DNA of 64,000 nt. Origin: Phoronis australis (lineage: Eukaryota; Animalia; Phoronida). Both the position numbers and the translations under genes were made by a program. Below, one piece after another: positions 50,919 to 64,000 of this stretch (positions within the stretch are counted from its first letter, which is position 1; each line of letters opens with the position of its first letter). The DNA lies in the NCBI GenBank assembly GCA_002633005.1, contig NMRA01000276.1, positions 309,134-373,133 of the forward strand, given 5' to 3'. The notes below the pieces were generated by a model. That model saw nothing but the letters and a program-made list of their open reading frames with translations, made no database searches and was not told the DNA's origin.

Positions 50919-51196
50919 TTAAAGTTTATGTACAGTAATGTTTCCTAACATTTGAATAAAAATAATGGCCCAAATTGTCATTGTTTAAATTTTTCAAATG
51001 CTCACTATATTGACAACAATGTTCAAAATGCCATTGTTTATTTGTTGGTGACTGCTGTACTATATAAAGTTTTCAATTAAACAAGTTTAAATTGTCTTCT
51101 TGTTTACTTCGGCTGAAAATGTTGATGAAATAAAATTTTAGTGTCAGACCAAACTGTGTTCTAATTTGCACTCACTTAAGCGCACATCCATTTTAA

Positions 51197-53920
51197 ACAA
51201 GAGCAACGCACAGCGGTGAAATGCACCCACGAATGCACCGCAAGCGTTGCTGCTTCTAGGGGTGTTTATAAGCATCATAAAAATGGCCACTACAATGGCG
51301 CAAAATACGTCAAATCCATCTGAAAACGGAAGCATGCCTCGTTTTTAATAGAAAGCTACTTAATGAATTTAATAATAATCCATAAAGGAACTTCAAAGAA
51401 GCAGAGGAAAATGGAAAAAAATGAAATTGCCACTAGGAGGCACAGCGTTCGTCAGCTACGTTTGAAAGTTGTCATTATCCGTTGTCAACTTCAAATGAAT
51501 ACATTTGCTAAGTTTAATGACACATCCTGCAGAGTGTTTAGGAGATATAGCTATGGGTGCAAAAAAACAAAACTGCCACTAAGAGGCACCACAGTACATG
51601 AAGTCATCGGGAAATCGTCAGCACTCTTCTTCACATTAACAACATACATACCAATTTCCACAATCATCCTTAGAGTGGTTTGGTTTTTCAGAGGGGCAGA
51701 TACCAAAAAACAGACTCGAAAATAACAAAATAACTCGAACTCAACTGAAAACGAGAGGATAGTGTCACCTCACTAATAGATCAGGGCTTGGAATGACCAA
51801 TGACAAAAAACGCGGAAACTTTTACGGCCCAAATCATGCACGCTACCCAGGCTTGAAGTGGTCGATGTGAACCCCGACAAAAATCGGGAGGACTAAAAAA
51901 AAACGTTACCACCATCAGTAGCATGCGTCTGCGTCCTTTTAGATCGCCCGTCGACTCTCAATCCACACACTTTTGGCTGCAGAGCCGTAGTATTTGTCGC
52001 CGCGGTTTACAGTAACACGAGACACCATTGAAAATCCCACCACGCTATCCCAGATGCCCCGGCAATGTTGACAATTTACGTTCCTCCGAAACATAAAGAG
52101 CAACTTCCGCTTTTTGAGGTGAACGTCGTCTGCAACGCCGCGGTAAGAAAGGAATTTGCCGCGGAAATTTTATATCAAATCCGATTTTTTTACGCGGAAA
52201 TATTATAAAATGCGCGGAAAGAACATTTGAAAAAAGCGGAAATCCGCGTTTCCGCGGAAAATTCCAAGCCCTGATAGATGTCTATTTGCTAAATTTTATG
52301 AAAATCCGTTGAGAACCAATGAAGACACAGAAGTAAATGTAACAAGAGCAACGCGGAGCGTTGAAATGCGTCCACGAATGTATTGCAAATGGTGTGCTTT
52401 TAGGGTTATTTATTTGTATCATAAAAATGGCCACTAGACGGTGTAAAAACATACAACCCATCCAAAAACAGGAACATGCCATATTTCATAAAAATCTGTC
52501 AAGGAACTTCAAAGAAACAAAGGAAAACAGAATAAAATGAAATTGCCACTAGTGGGCACAGTGTCCATTGGATCTACTTTGAAGATACTGAGTTAAATGT
52601 AAAAAACTAAAATTGTCACTAGGGGGCACAGCAGTAGTCAGATTTGTCCAAAAGTCATTGTCATTCGTAGTCAACATCATATATCTATACACTTCCTAAA
52701 TTAAGATCCTGCGAACGGTTTATAAGATACAGCCATAGATAGACGCAGCAAAAAAAACTGCCACAGTAACCGAAATCGTCGGAAAATCATCGTCAACCGT
52801 CCCCTTTATAGTAAGCACCTACAAGCCAATTTTCACAACCATCCTTCGAGAGGTTTAGTTGATAGAGGGGTGGACTCAAAAAAACGGACTCGAAAACACT
52901 AAAAATGGCCACTAGGTGGCGTAAACTACTTTGAGTCCACCCAAAAATGGGAGGATAGCCTCATTTCACTAATAGGTGCCTACACACCAAATTTCATGAA
53001 AATCCTTTAAGGACTATTGAAGATACAAAGGTAAGTGTAAAAAACTAAAATTGCCACTAGGGGACACACCGGTTGTCGGATCCGTCCGAAAACTCGCTCA
53101 TGCCGTCCCATTCATGAATGGAACATATGTGCCAAATTTCACGAACGTATGTCAAAGGGTTTTTGAGATAGAGCAGCGGATGGCGGACATCGGACGCCGG
53201 ACGGACGCTGCCTGGACGGAGATGACGGCATAATGCATCCACATATAAATATGTGGGCGCATAAAAAAACAAAAAATGTCACTAGGGGGAATACTGTTCG
53301 TCCAATCCATTCGAAAGTCGCCATACTCTGCTTTCAACTTCGTATAAATACACCAGTAAAATTCAATAAAGATCATGTAGAGCATTTAAGAGATACAACC
53401 ATGGGCGCAAAAGCAAACAAAACTGCCACTAAGAGGCACCACTGCAGTCGAAGTCATCGGAAAATCATTGTGTGCCACAGTAGGAACATATATCCCAATT
53501 TTCAAAACCATCCCTAGAGCAGTTTGATTGATAGAAGGGCGGACGTCAGGAAACAGACTCGAAAACTGTAAAAATGGCCACTAGGTGGCACAAAACACCT
53601 TGAATCCATTAGAAAAAGCGAGGATTGCATCATCTCACTAATATACGCATAACTGCCAAATTTTATGAAAATCAGTGGAGGACTTCCGAAGATACAGAAT
53701 TAAACGTAAAAAACAAAATTGCCATTAGGGGGCACACTTGTAGTCGGAAAGGTCCGAAATTTGTCATCCTCTATCGTCAGCTTTATAGGAACATGTCTAC
53801 CAAATCTCATCAAAATCCAGTTACGGGTATAGGAGATACAGCTGCGAAGGTTGGACACCGGATGCCCAGACACAGATGACAGCAATATGCGATCACATAT
53901 AAATATGTGGGCGCATAAAT
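51197..53920 (-). mobile_element. Nested HINE-like copies (ends at 51197, 52342, ~53265 and ~53918)
   Basis: Two ACAAGAGCAACGC ends and two CACATATAAATATGTGGGCGCATAAA ends in a nested arrangement. Confidence 0.78.
51782..52273. mobile_element. hAT-like MITE with 6-bp TSD ATAGAT
   Basis: 13-bp perfect TIR CAGGGCTTGGAAT / ATTCCAAGCCCTG; CGCGGAAA subterminal repeats; other HINE copies carry the target site only once. Confidence 0.88.
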
Positions 53921-54262
53921 AACCAATAACGCTAGACACTAAGTTATTTCACAAAGTGTAAAACACTGAACAGATTTTATCTTGTCACAAAAAGAATAAT
54001 GCAAATGTCAAAGAGGATTCATTCACATCAGTTTGGGTCTGCTCCTTTGAGCCCATAATTACAAAATCAGTATCAGTATCAATGTTTAGTTATTATTAGG
54101 CCGATTGTTACTCATGGCTGGGCCTGCACACCCAGTGCTCAAGTAAATACATAATTATGTTCATGTATATAAAATATACATTAAATACACATATACGCGC
54201 ACGCACGTACACAAGCACAAACACACACATGTGCGCATACACACACATGTATAGTATATGTA

Positions 54263-55518
54263 CCGTATTCGCCGTAATAATCGCCCATGCCCCTATAAGC
54301 GCCCCCCCCAAGCGTTTTCAGACTTTGCTGAAATAAACGCCCAGTCCATGAACGTGTACATGCGAACAATGAGGTACCTACAGTTCTAAAACTCGGCTAC
54401 AGTAGCCAGTAACGTCTTCAATTTATCAAAAAAAATTTGTACGGCTCTTCTAGACCACCAGCGGCACTGCTACGTTTGTATTTAGCCGTGACTTTACTCT
54501 TCAAAGTAACGCAGCGCTTCAAAAAGAACGCAACAGCGTTGCTACGCTCTCGCGACGACCGTGTCTCACTATGGTCTGACCTTTCAGTAGACACATCGAC
54601 TGTCTCATGAATAAAAATAACTCCGTATTAAGCGCACATGGCCAGGAAGCGCGCGCTATATACATGAACCTGTCATCAAAGACAATAGTCGGAAACTATC
54701 CATTCATGAAACGGGTAGCATAGCATCGATAAGAAATGAATATTGGCACTAATTTCCGACAATTTCTAGTACTATAAAACATGTTTGTGTTATTTTTGAG
54801 ATGGATTGTTTGATTAACCATAATTGGTGTTTTTAAGCCAAATATCCGATAAAATGACAACTGACAGTGAATGCTTACACACCCTTACACCGAAAAATAA
54901 CTGTCAGATAGATACGTACGCATCCAGCTACACGGCGACTAATATGGGCCTTACCGAGACAAATGTCGAAAGTTTTTAGCACGAGACCGGCAAGTGCTGA
55001 ATGAAACACGCTCTGGTTTAGGCCTACTGCTTATGCAAATTTCTTTAGAAACATCTATCTAGTTAGATTGCGTGGCTCTGGCCAAAAGACGGTCTCTGCT
55101 TTGGCAAATGAACTCTGGTGACACGCACGCGCTCCCTTACTCGCAGACGAACCTCAAAACAAACGTCACGTTACCATAACATGTGTGTTCGTCCAGACAT
55201 TTTTCTTGCCGTGTTGCCGATCATACATGTAGATGGCACGATGTTGCAGATTTGTACTTAAACCTGCTGTTAATCCAGACTCCACGGGAACTTAAAAAAT
55301 CTTATAGACGCTACTTGTAAAACTTAATGAGGATTTCAGGTAATTTGCTTGAGTCGAAACCATTTTTATTCGAGCATTGAAGTCGCCATATCAAAGACGG
55401 CGATTTTGAGGCAGTCAGTCGGCGAGTTTTCGCCCTGGGATTTCAGCACAATTTTCTGTACTAAAATGATCGTAATTTAGCAGCAAAGTTTGATAGCAAT
55501 GCACCACAGTTTTGTTGA
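54263..55518. mobile_element. Tc1/mariner (pogo-like) non-autonomous element, cut by N 55519
   Basis: TA|CCGTATTCGCCGTAATAA terminus; the body is homologous to ~12560-13480, whose copy ends TTAATACGGCGATTACGG. Confidence 0.75.
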
Positions 55519-56327
55519 NTTTGAGAATTTACATCCTCGTTTTAAAAACATTGGCGTGTCACGCGGTACATGAGCGAAAGGTGCCACTAAATTTTGTCTT
55601 GACATCTGAGTTTACTATTAAGTGACAGTGTGATGCACTAAGGTTAGTAACCCAGCTACACAAACACAAACACATGAGGCTATTTTTGTAATAATAATTG
55701 CTATCCACATTTTTGGAGGTATCAATTCATTACCAGTGTGAGGTATTTTGAAATTTCAGTACAATTACAGGCATGAACAAAAACAACAAAACTAATAACA
55801 TCAAATTGCCAACAAAATGTTGGAATACTAGACAACAACTTGTCTACAGGAAACAGAGAGTAGATTACAGGGGAAAGCAGCTATTTTAGCTTACCATATC
55901 ATAAAATGATACTAAATACAGTTTTGACCTATTAACAGATATCAAAACCAATTTTTCCATCCAGGTCTCTAAAACAAAATAGGTTTGTAAACCTCATCCA
56001 CCCTCAAAAGTTTGTAGAAAAACTTCTTAAAAGTGTTTTAAACTGCTTTCCCCTTTAACTGAGTAGAGTAATGAAAGAGTAAATTGTTTACTTACTGCCC
56101 CTGTCCCATCCCCGCCATGTTGATGGCATTGAAAGCCATGAATGATCCCTGTAAAGAACAACATAATTGTTAAACATTTAATCACTTGCCAATGACAGGT
56201 TTCACTCCTTAATTTCTGAACAATGCACCAACAACTTCCAAGTCTATTCATACCACAATATCAGCCTCCAATGGCCACTACAACCCTGTAATAACCCATT
56301 TTGGTGGGAAACCAAGGCCGGTTGAAC

Positions 56328-57067
56328 CAGGCTTTCATGCAGCGTACGGCCTAGCACTAATCTGGACGCCCTGGCAAGGACGCCCAATGCATCATTTGGA
56401 AGCCCTGTCAATCAGAATTTCTCCTTTGGACACCCATATTGTAAGATTACTAGGACACCCCAGTTCATGAAAGAGAAAAGTTGGGCCTTTCAACTCAGAA
56501 ATAAATATACAATGTATATAAAATGTATGTAAAATGTTACAATGTTCAAACTATTTTCAAAGTATTTAGTAGACCTGTCAATCATAAGCAGGTGTTTGGT
56601 TGCCAGAATGTCTCTGCCATAGACATCTTAGCATCATCTGTGCATTTTTCTTGTGTTGATTACCGCAGCTTTGAAGACTCATTGTACATAATATAAAGCT
56701 AGTTAAGATGATATGATAAACTTTATAACAGCAATTTGCTCTAATCGTTCAACCAAAATCTATAATATTTGTAATACCTGTCTAGTTAGCTATTTGCCTG
56801 CTTTCGTAAATTTAGACATAAAAGTCTTGATCCACACAGTTTTTTAGTAAAAAGATCACTACAAGAGAGTTGTTTTTGTAAACTTAAATGTAAAAGCCTT
56901 GTTCAATGCATTTTTTGTAAAAAAAACCTTTCTCTGTGTGTGTAGGGGGGTTACTGGTCAATGGTGGTGGGGAGTGGGGGTAATGCGTCGTTGGAATCAT
57001 GGACGCCCTGGAATATTGGGAACCTCATTTTGGATACCTTATTTTTGAAATCCTGGATAAAGCCCTG
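56328..57067. mobile_element. hAT-like MITE with 8-bp TSD (GGTTGAAC/GGTCGAAC) inserted in a SINE B-box
   Basis: CAGGCTTTCATGCAG / CTGGATAAAGCCCTG imperfect TIRs; GGACGCCC subterminal motifs. Confidence 0.7.
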
Positions 57068-57130
57068 GGTCGAACCCAGTGCGCAAGAGTTTCAAGTCGT
57101 CAACTTTACCACTACACCACTCAGCAGCTG
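57068..57130 (-). mobile_element. tRNA-derived SINE head (body probably continues below 56327)
   Basis: Minus strand A-box TGGTGTAGTGG and B-box GGTTCGACC with tRNA-like spacing. Confidence 0.55.
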
Positions 57131-57608
57131 ACGTCATCGATAATGAAAACAGAATACTTAAATGAGCACACACCACAATTGCATGTTCAACAAAGGGCAT
57201 TGTGCCGACATTTATACGCTATGAAAAATAAGATGCATAATTTCGATAACAAGAGCAACGCGGAGGGTTGCAATGCGCCCACGAATGCATCGCAAATTGT
57301 GTGCTTTTTAGGGTTAGTTATTTGTATCATAAAGATAGCCACTAGATGGTGCAAAAATGTACAATCCATCCAAAAATGGGCACATGCCATTTTACATAAA
57401 ACTCTGTCAAAGAACATCAGAGAAACAAAGGAAAACAGAAAAAAATGAAATTGCCACTAGCGAGCACAGCGACAGTTCGATCTGCCTGAAAGTCGTCTGT
57501 TATCTTCATGTAAATCCACTTACTAAATTAAAGATCTTGCAGTGGGTTTTAGAGATACAGCTATGGGTGCAAAACAAAGGGAAACTGTCACTAGGAGGCA
57601 CCATAGTA

Positions 57609-60600
57609 CGGTAAAGTCGCGCAATTTTCGGACACTCAAAATTAATTCCAATAGAAGAAATTCATTCTTGGACGAATCTCCCGAAACATCATTTTTGTAG
57701 AGTCCAATTTGGCGGACCTCCTCCAAATTTGGGTTTCCGCTCGTGTCCGAATTTCGTGGGTGTACATTATTTCGATGGTCAATGGGACTCAAACGGTCTG
57801 CACTTAATTTTTGAAAAACTGGCTTTCCCGATAAGAAATGTGCGTTGTCGACGCACAAAGAACGTTCCTGGCAAGTGTTGGTTCTTCTTTTCAAAAATGC
57901 CCTTTCTCAGTATTAAATATTCGGCTTGCATTGCCGATGCTCAAAAACCTTTCTCAGCAAGTGACGAAATTTTTTTCAAAAATGAACTATCTCACATGAA
58001 ATACCGGGCTGTGAGTGTTCCTGGTGACAAAAAAGGGCTTTCCAATGACTGGGTCTGGTTTGCGTTGTTGACACACATGAAATGTTCCAGACAACTGATT
58101 CTCTTTTGTAAAAATGTGACTTCTCAATAAAAATGTCGAGTTTACGTTGTCAATGCACAAAGAGCGCACCGATAAGTGCTTTTTTCAACGTGGTTTCCCT
58201 ATAAAAAGCTGGACTTGCATATTCGACGCACAAAGAAGGTTCCCCGTCATCAAAACATGCGCTTTCTAAATTTTAACGAATTTTGCGCAGAAACTTAACA
58301 GTAATGGATGTGGGAACGAGTGCAATGAAGAAAGTGATGAATAATGACGAGAACAGCATATATATTTATATTTGTAAACACATCCATGCATTGAATCCTG
58401 GATTCAATTATTGATTAATCCATTATGATTAATTAATTATCCATTAATTATTATAATTAATTCATAAGGAAGGCTACCCAGACAACGCAACGTACGCACT
58501 TACGAACTGCAGCTCATGAACCTATGAATTCAGTTATCTGAGCTCAGAAACGCTCGTCTGTAGTCACAAAACATGGATTATTTGCCTGTGAAGCTAAGCG
58601 AGCAGATCCAGCTAAAGAAGATTAAGTGGCTTGTGGTCTACCATAGGGCCCTTTCACATTGATTTAATTTTTCTATAGAAGGATATCAAAATTAATTATC
58701 AATATTAGGGGAATCTTTATTTATATTTACATTATTCAAATAATGATTGTAAATGTACAACTTCTGCCCTGACAATGCGCGCACCGAGGGGGGCTTGGGA
58801 GCCCGGGGGCTCGAACGAGCTAGAGCAAAGTGGCGAAGTGGGCAAAAAGGTCCGCCTTTGGGAAACAAAAAGTCCGAGAAAATGAGACTAAAGTCCTCTA
58901 AATAAGCACAATCGCGCAATTCACAGTGGTGCCCCCGTTTTTTTAGCTCACCCGCTTTTTTGTTACCAAAAGGTCCACAACGTCAGAAATTCGAGCCCCC
59001 CCCCCCATATTGAAGGCTGGGTGTGCGCATGCTGACGGTGCTGTGGACAAAGCGGCCCCGACGAGTAAGTATAGATTTGCAGTTTCGTGGCTAATTCACC
59101 AACATAATCACGTGCACATTACTTTGGCTCACTAGTATAGTATTTTCCTGACTAGAAGTTTAGTTTCCAACTTTGGCTGGTTTATGTCCGTGATGTCTGA
59201 TCAGTTTTCGAGCTACTGGTCGGGATAACGAGTCAATCCGGCCGGCCCCGACGGGCCTGACCGGGCTCCGAGCCACTGGCCAGGATAACGAGCGTTTTGC
59301 GTGTTTAGAACTCAAAAAATCACAATTCTAAACAACACAGACTAGGTTCTCCTGTCTGTATCTCACGGAAAAATACTACAAATATATCTCCGATTTTCGA
59401 TTATATAGTTGGAACGTGTCTGCATATTACTGTGAACTGTGTGCCCATGGCCCCCAATAATCAATGAAATTCAAGTCCATTCAAATTGCCAAGCGCGAGC
59501 CAAAGAAGCGCAGCGCAGCCGTACTGTGAAACTCACACTATTATCAGCTTCCACGACGCACACAACGAATAAACAAGGCTAAGTAATGTTAGTCCCGTGT
59601 TAATGGAAGCAAAGCAAAGTATCAAGCTCATCAGAAGCATATTTACACTTGGTATTTGCATTATTTTTATTTTATTTAAAGCTGTTGATCAATTCAGGAG
59701 TAATGGAAAATTTAAAACCTCAAAAATGACCTTTGTTTTGTGCCCCTATCTGCATGTCAGTTACTCAACTTGTTAATCTATAGAGTCCTGGAATGGATCG
59801 TCCCATTTGATTAATAAAACAAGACTGAACTGCGCTCGCTTGATTTTAGATCAAGTGAATGCTATGTGCCTTCGTGGTATTTTTTCTTCAGCCATGTCTC
59901 TACTCATGAAACCGTGGAAAAATGTGTATGAGGTACAAAAGCACCTTTTGAAATTGTGAATATTTGTGAGCGTTGCAACCCTCTGTGACAGTTAGTTCAT
60001 ATGCCTTCAGTGCCTCTCTGTCAGAAAAGTTTGTGTTATTTGTAGTGGAGACAAAGCCCTAATTTTCAGACAAATATCAATAGTAATCCTGGAGGATTAA
60101 TTTTAATCAATCATAAGGTGTGTAATCATATAATCATAACTTCATGTAAATATCCCTGATCGCAATAGATTTTTTCACGTGTATAGTTACAGCACACATC
60201 ACGAATTTTTGGCCGACCGGTCGGAAATTGGTCCACGACCGGCCGTCGACCGGTCGTCTAGCCGACCACCAGCCGACCAACAACGGTCGGCTAGGAGCCG
60301 TCTGCTTAGTCGCCTCTGTGGTCGGCACTTGGGTCGGCTAATTGGTCGCCTAGCGTAGACGACCAATTCGGATTAAGCGTGTCCTTGGTCGGCAATTAGC
60401 ATTTTATGACTTAGAGGGTGAACTTTGGATAAACAAACATTTAACTGTTCGCTGTTCGTTTACCAGTGGCAACTCCGGTCTTGACATCGGTTTATCAAAT
60501 TTTGTTCAACTATTAAATGGAGGTAAAATCGAATCAACCTACAAATACGAAGTGCGTGGCATTACGCAAGCCGAATACCTTATGTTGAAATAATGACGGC

Positions 60601-62772
60601 GTGGTAAAATCAAACATTAAGCGATATAGCGGAAAAATAATTTCTAACTTTAGATATAATTAATTAATGATAATTAATAATTAATATTGATAATTATTTT
60701 TTCCCCATCCCCACACCTTTGTCGGTTGCCATGGTTTAACCCTGAGGCATGCATTATTTTTGGGGTGGCACTCGCCCTCCCCCCGCTTACTAAGGTCCTG
60801 ATGCAAGGAGTCCATCGTTGGTCCAAGGTAAATGTTGTGTTTCAACACGCACTCGTTGTATACTCAGATATTCACCCCCTGCCCCCCAACTGCCAATTGA
60901 TCTTGTAGTGTTTTAGGGGGCCGGGGCCATGGCCCCTTAGCTTTCCTCTGAATCCACCATCGAAGATACTGGCATGGTCTTCAGGAGAAGTCATACGTAA
61001 CCATAATAGTTTACAGTAAAAATAAAATTATTATCTCATGTACTACAGTAAACATAAAATTTCGATTAATTTATTAATGACGAATTAAACAGGTGTCCAC
61101 CTCAAGTAAATTATCATTATTAATTATTGATTAATTAATAATCAATCCTGGATGCTAGTTACAAACTGAAACGCAAATTAACTCTGACGCCTTTATTTCC
61201 ATATTAACTGAAAGCTCAGTTTCAACATGAAAACGTCGAATGAACAAATATCCAAACTAGATTACAAAGACAATCATGAAAGTAAAATGAGTAGTTTCTC
61301 ATCCACTCATGATTCCCATTCGTCGCTCTGGTAGTCATCTGAATTGTTGAAGAAGCGCATCGGACTTGGGACCACTGTCGTTTTACAAGTTTAGGCATAC
61401 TGCAAACGATGGGAATGTGTCGACTTGTACAGGGCTGCGTGGTTGAAGAGCACGATTAATTATCATATTAATTGCATGTAGAAGGGCGTGGTCTAGAAAG
61501 TGAATGCAATTTCAAATGCTACCAACATCAAATTCACCCAACTGTTTTTACAATTAAAACCTTTCTCATCCACAGTCTTTGAAACGCCCAATGTCAACTC
61601 AGTGATACACTGGCACGTCTTCATGCAACTAAGATGACCTAACACATCTGGGTTCGGTTACGTTCTTAACCACAGGCTTAACTGCTGACAGTGAAAAAAC
61701 TCTTGTGAAATCTGTTTGTGGATGAAATGAAACTGATAATCGTTAACATTTTCTGATAATCTGGGTGGAAGATAACAGAGCCGTTTCTTCTGATCGTCAC
61801 CATCAGTTCAACGCCATCCACGGTCGTCACCGATTTGCGCAGCTCTGCTTCAGTCACTATTAATTCCCCCCGCCCCCCGCCCCCAGGGTCCCGGTGTCAA
61901 AACGTATTGCCCGACGATAGTTAATCGACTGAAGAGGAAGAAGCATAAAATCTCCCGTGTACGACGCAGCCTCGGTCGGGCTCACGCCGAGTGCGACTTA
62001 ATTATGTTTGCTTTAGCTCCGTTTCATTCGGCTACTGCTGTTCACTACCTACACTACTTTGAACCCGCGATATATGACGGACAGACTTGGCTGTATTGTG
62101 TATGGTGCCTAAACAAAAAATATTTCTCATCGCGTCAAGGATAAAATCCGGACACGTCATCAGGAGATTTTAGTCACTGACAAGGGCATTTCCAAAGGCC
62201 AGGACGTTTTAAAAATAAAAAGTTTCGTAAGCACCCAAGTTGAGGTCAGGTGTGCAAGTTCAATGTCACAGTCGGAAGTCGAACAGCACGGTCTAATTAA
62301 ACCAGAGAACATGTCACGCTACAACGAAAAGTTGCAGCCTTCGGTGTATTTCCCATTTGCATTTTTATCAGAAATTTCCGTCATGCGCGACTCGGTGATT
62401 CTTTTCATGTATAAAGCGCCAAACACAAGCTAAACACAAGACAATCGACGGTCGTGACATCGTCAAGACAAGGTAAAAATTACAGAGCACGTTATATCGA
62501 TTCTCGGATTCAAGCCTTATAGAGTAGTAATTATCCATTGAACACTTAATGACACGAGAGTTGCGTCGATCCAAAATTAGTTTTCTAAAATATTCCTTGT
62601 CCAAAGGACGCGGGAAAGAAATCCAATGTTTATGACATTGTCCGAAATTTGAGGATCATTGAAACAGTTTTTGGACCTTGTACGAATTTCGTAGACTGTG
62701 AAAAACTTATTTCGGAAATATTTGTTCTTGTCCCAAAATGGCGGGTCGTCCGAAAATCGCGCGACTTTATCG
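57609..62772. mobile_element. 5.2-kb composite Tc1/mariner-like TIR element; no transposase recognised
   Basis: TIR CGGTAAAGTCGCGCAATTTTCGGAC / GTCCGAAAATCGCGCGACTTTATCG; TA on both sides. Confidence 0.85.
58774..59031. mobile_element. GC-rich MITE with 5-bp TSD CTGAC
   Basis: ATGCGCGCACC / GGTGTGCGCATG; CTGAC on both sides; the empty site is visible in homologous sequence at ~20571 (GCCCTGACAGTCTGTGG). Confidence 0.75.
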
Positions 62773-63092
62773 TAGTCAGTCGCCATCATCAAAGATTCTC
62801 TTGACACTGAAAACATATACGCCAATGTTCAAAACCATCCCCAGAATGATTTGGTTGATAAAGGGGTGAACGCGAAAACCAAGATTTGAAAATACCAAAA
62901 ATGGCCACTTGGTGGTGCAAAATACCTTCATTCCATCCAAAAACAGGATGATAGCGACATCTCACCAATAGATGCCTTTATTCAAAATTTTATGAAAATC
63001 TGTTGAGTACCTTTGAAGATGCAGAATGGTAAACGTAAAAAACTAAAATTGCCTTTAGGGGGGACACCAGTAGTCAAATCCGTCCCAAAGTA

Positions 63093-64000
63093 CAGGGCTC
63101 GACATAACGAGCTGCAGGTCGCATTTGCGACCTGAAATTTGGAAATGCGAGCTGAGATTTTTGTCAGCTCGTATCAAGTCGCAAAATGCGACCTGGAATT
63201 TCCAACGAATGCGAGCTGAGTTTATACACTTCTCAACAGATACCTGGCAAATACAAAGCAGCTCTTGTTAATCCGACCGTTATTTGGTTGTTGCCAAATC
63301 CAAGTTCAAAAGAACACTAACCGAGAACAGCTCTCCCGATGACTTGTAAGCAAGTCGCGTGAACATGGGATATGCAAAATCGATCCTTGACGCGTTTCAT
63401 TGGCAAACACTTTCGGACACTTTTGTAAATTCCCGGATTCACCGAAGAAAGTTTCGGGCCACAGCTTAACACGTGATAAAACTTCACAAAACAACGATGT
63501 TTCTATTAATTCTTAAGCGATCAACAAATCAAACTTTGTGGTGGACAAAAATGTTTATTTTTTACATAAGATGTCCTTATTACATGTACCAAATATCCAC
63601 GACAATATCCCTGATATTGCACTGCAGCACCACCGCGCGCAAGCGGTCCCGGCAGACAATCGTGACTTAGACTGAGATGTGCTTCTCCTTTTTATCGTAT
63701 TAAGACAACCAAAGTGAAAATGACAACCTTATTAATCGCCAAACGACGGTCACGTCTTTACTTTCAGTTGCCAAGAAATTCTCAAACCCTTTACTTGTTT
63801 CTGGGGCTACGTGCGCGAAATATGAGTGTCTTTCACACATTACGTTGTCAACGTAAAGTGTAGGCCTACTCCAGCGATTCAAGTGCATGAACTCACGCGT
63901 GCGCACCACTTCAAAGAACAGCGACAGTCCTAAATGAAAGAGTATACCGGCTTGGCTCTGGTTTATTTGAAAATGAACTCAGATTCCCAGCGGTTATAAA
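63093..64000. mobile_element. Left end of a hAT-like element running off the window
   Basis: CAGGGCTCGACATAAC terminus interrupts the HINE sequence; TGCGA(C/G)CTG subterminal repeats. Confidence 0.6.

Larger units (their letters stand above)
57249..63092 (-). mobile_element. HINE-like copy split by a 5.2-kb insertion (57249-57608 and 62773-63092)
   Basis: ACAAGAGCAACGCGGAG end; family subrepeats resume after 62772. Confidence 0.72.

Noticed and set aside
57068-57130. Functional tRNA gene
   Set aside because: Only A/B boxes are present, with no complete cloverleaf, and it is interrupted by a MITE; better explained as a SINE head.

Overview
Repeat-rich animal genomic DNA, probably from a lophotrochozoan invertebrate such as a mollusc (inferred from the HINE/Helentron-type repeats). 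It is not prokaryotic, and most of the supplied ORFs are spurious. The window lies inside a minus-strand CNOT2 (NOT2/Regena) gene. Eight distinct phase-compatible coding exons from the N-terminal half can be joined from 42920 down to 7549, and there are two weaker candidate exons. The NOT-box exons and the start exon were not found. The introns hold a decayed Gmr1-type Gypsy element (integrase before RT) inserted into a Penelope remnant, an AcademX-like fragment, two THAP-bearing Kolobok-like elements, many MITEs with TA, TAA, 5-, 6- or 8-bp TSDs, many HINE copies and minisatellites. Four near-identical tandem duplications are each joined at a single N and are most likely uncollapsed haplotypes; one of them duplicates two CNOT2 exons. 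I cannot support a new biological system with confidence. The most unusual pattern is that unrelated minisatellites repeatedly begin exactly at CNOT2 splice sites and replicate them.
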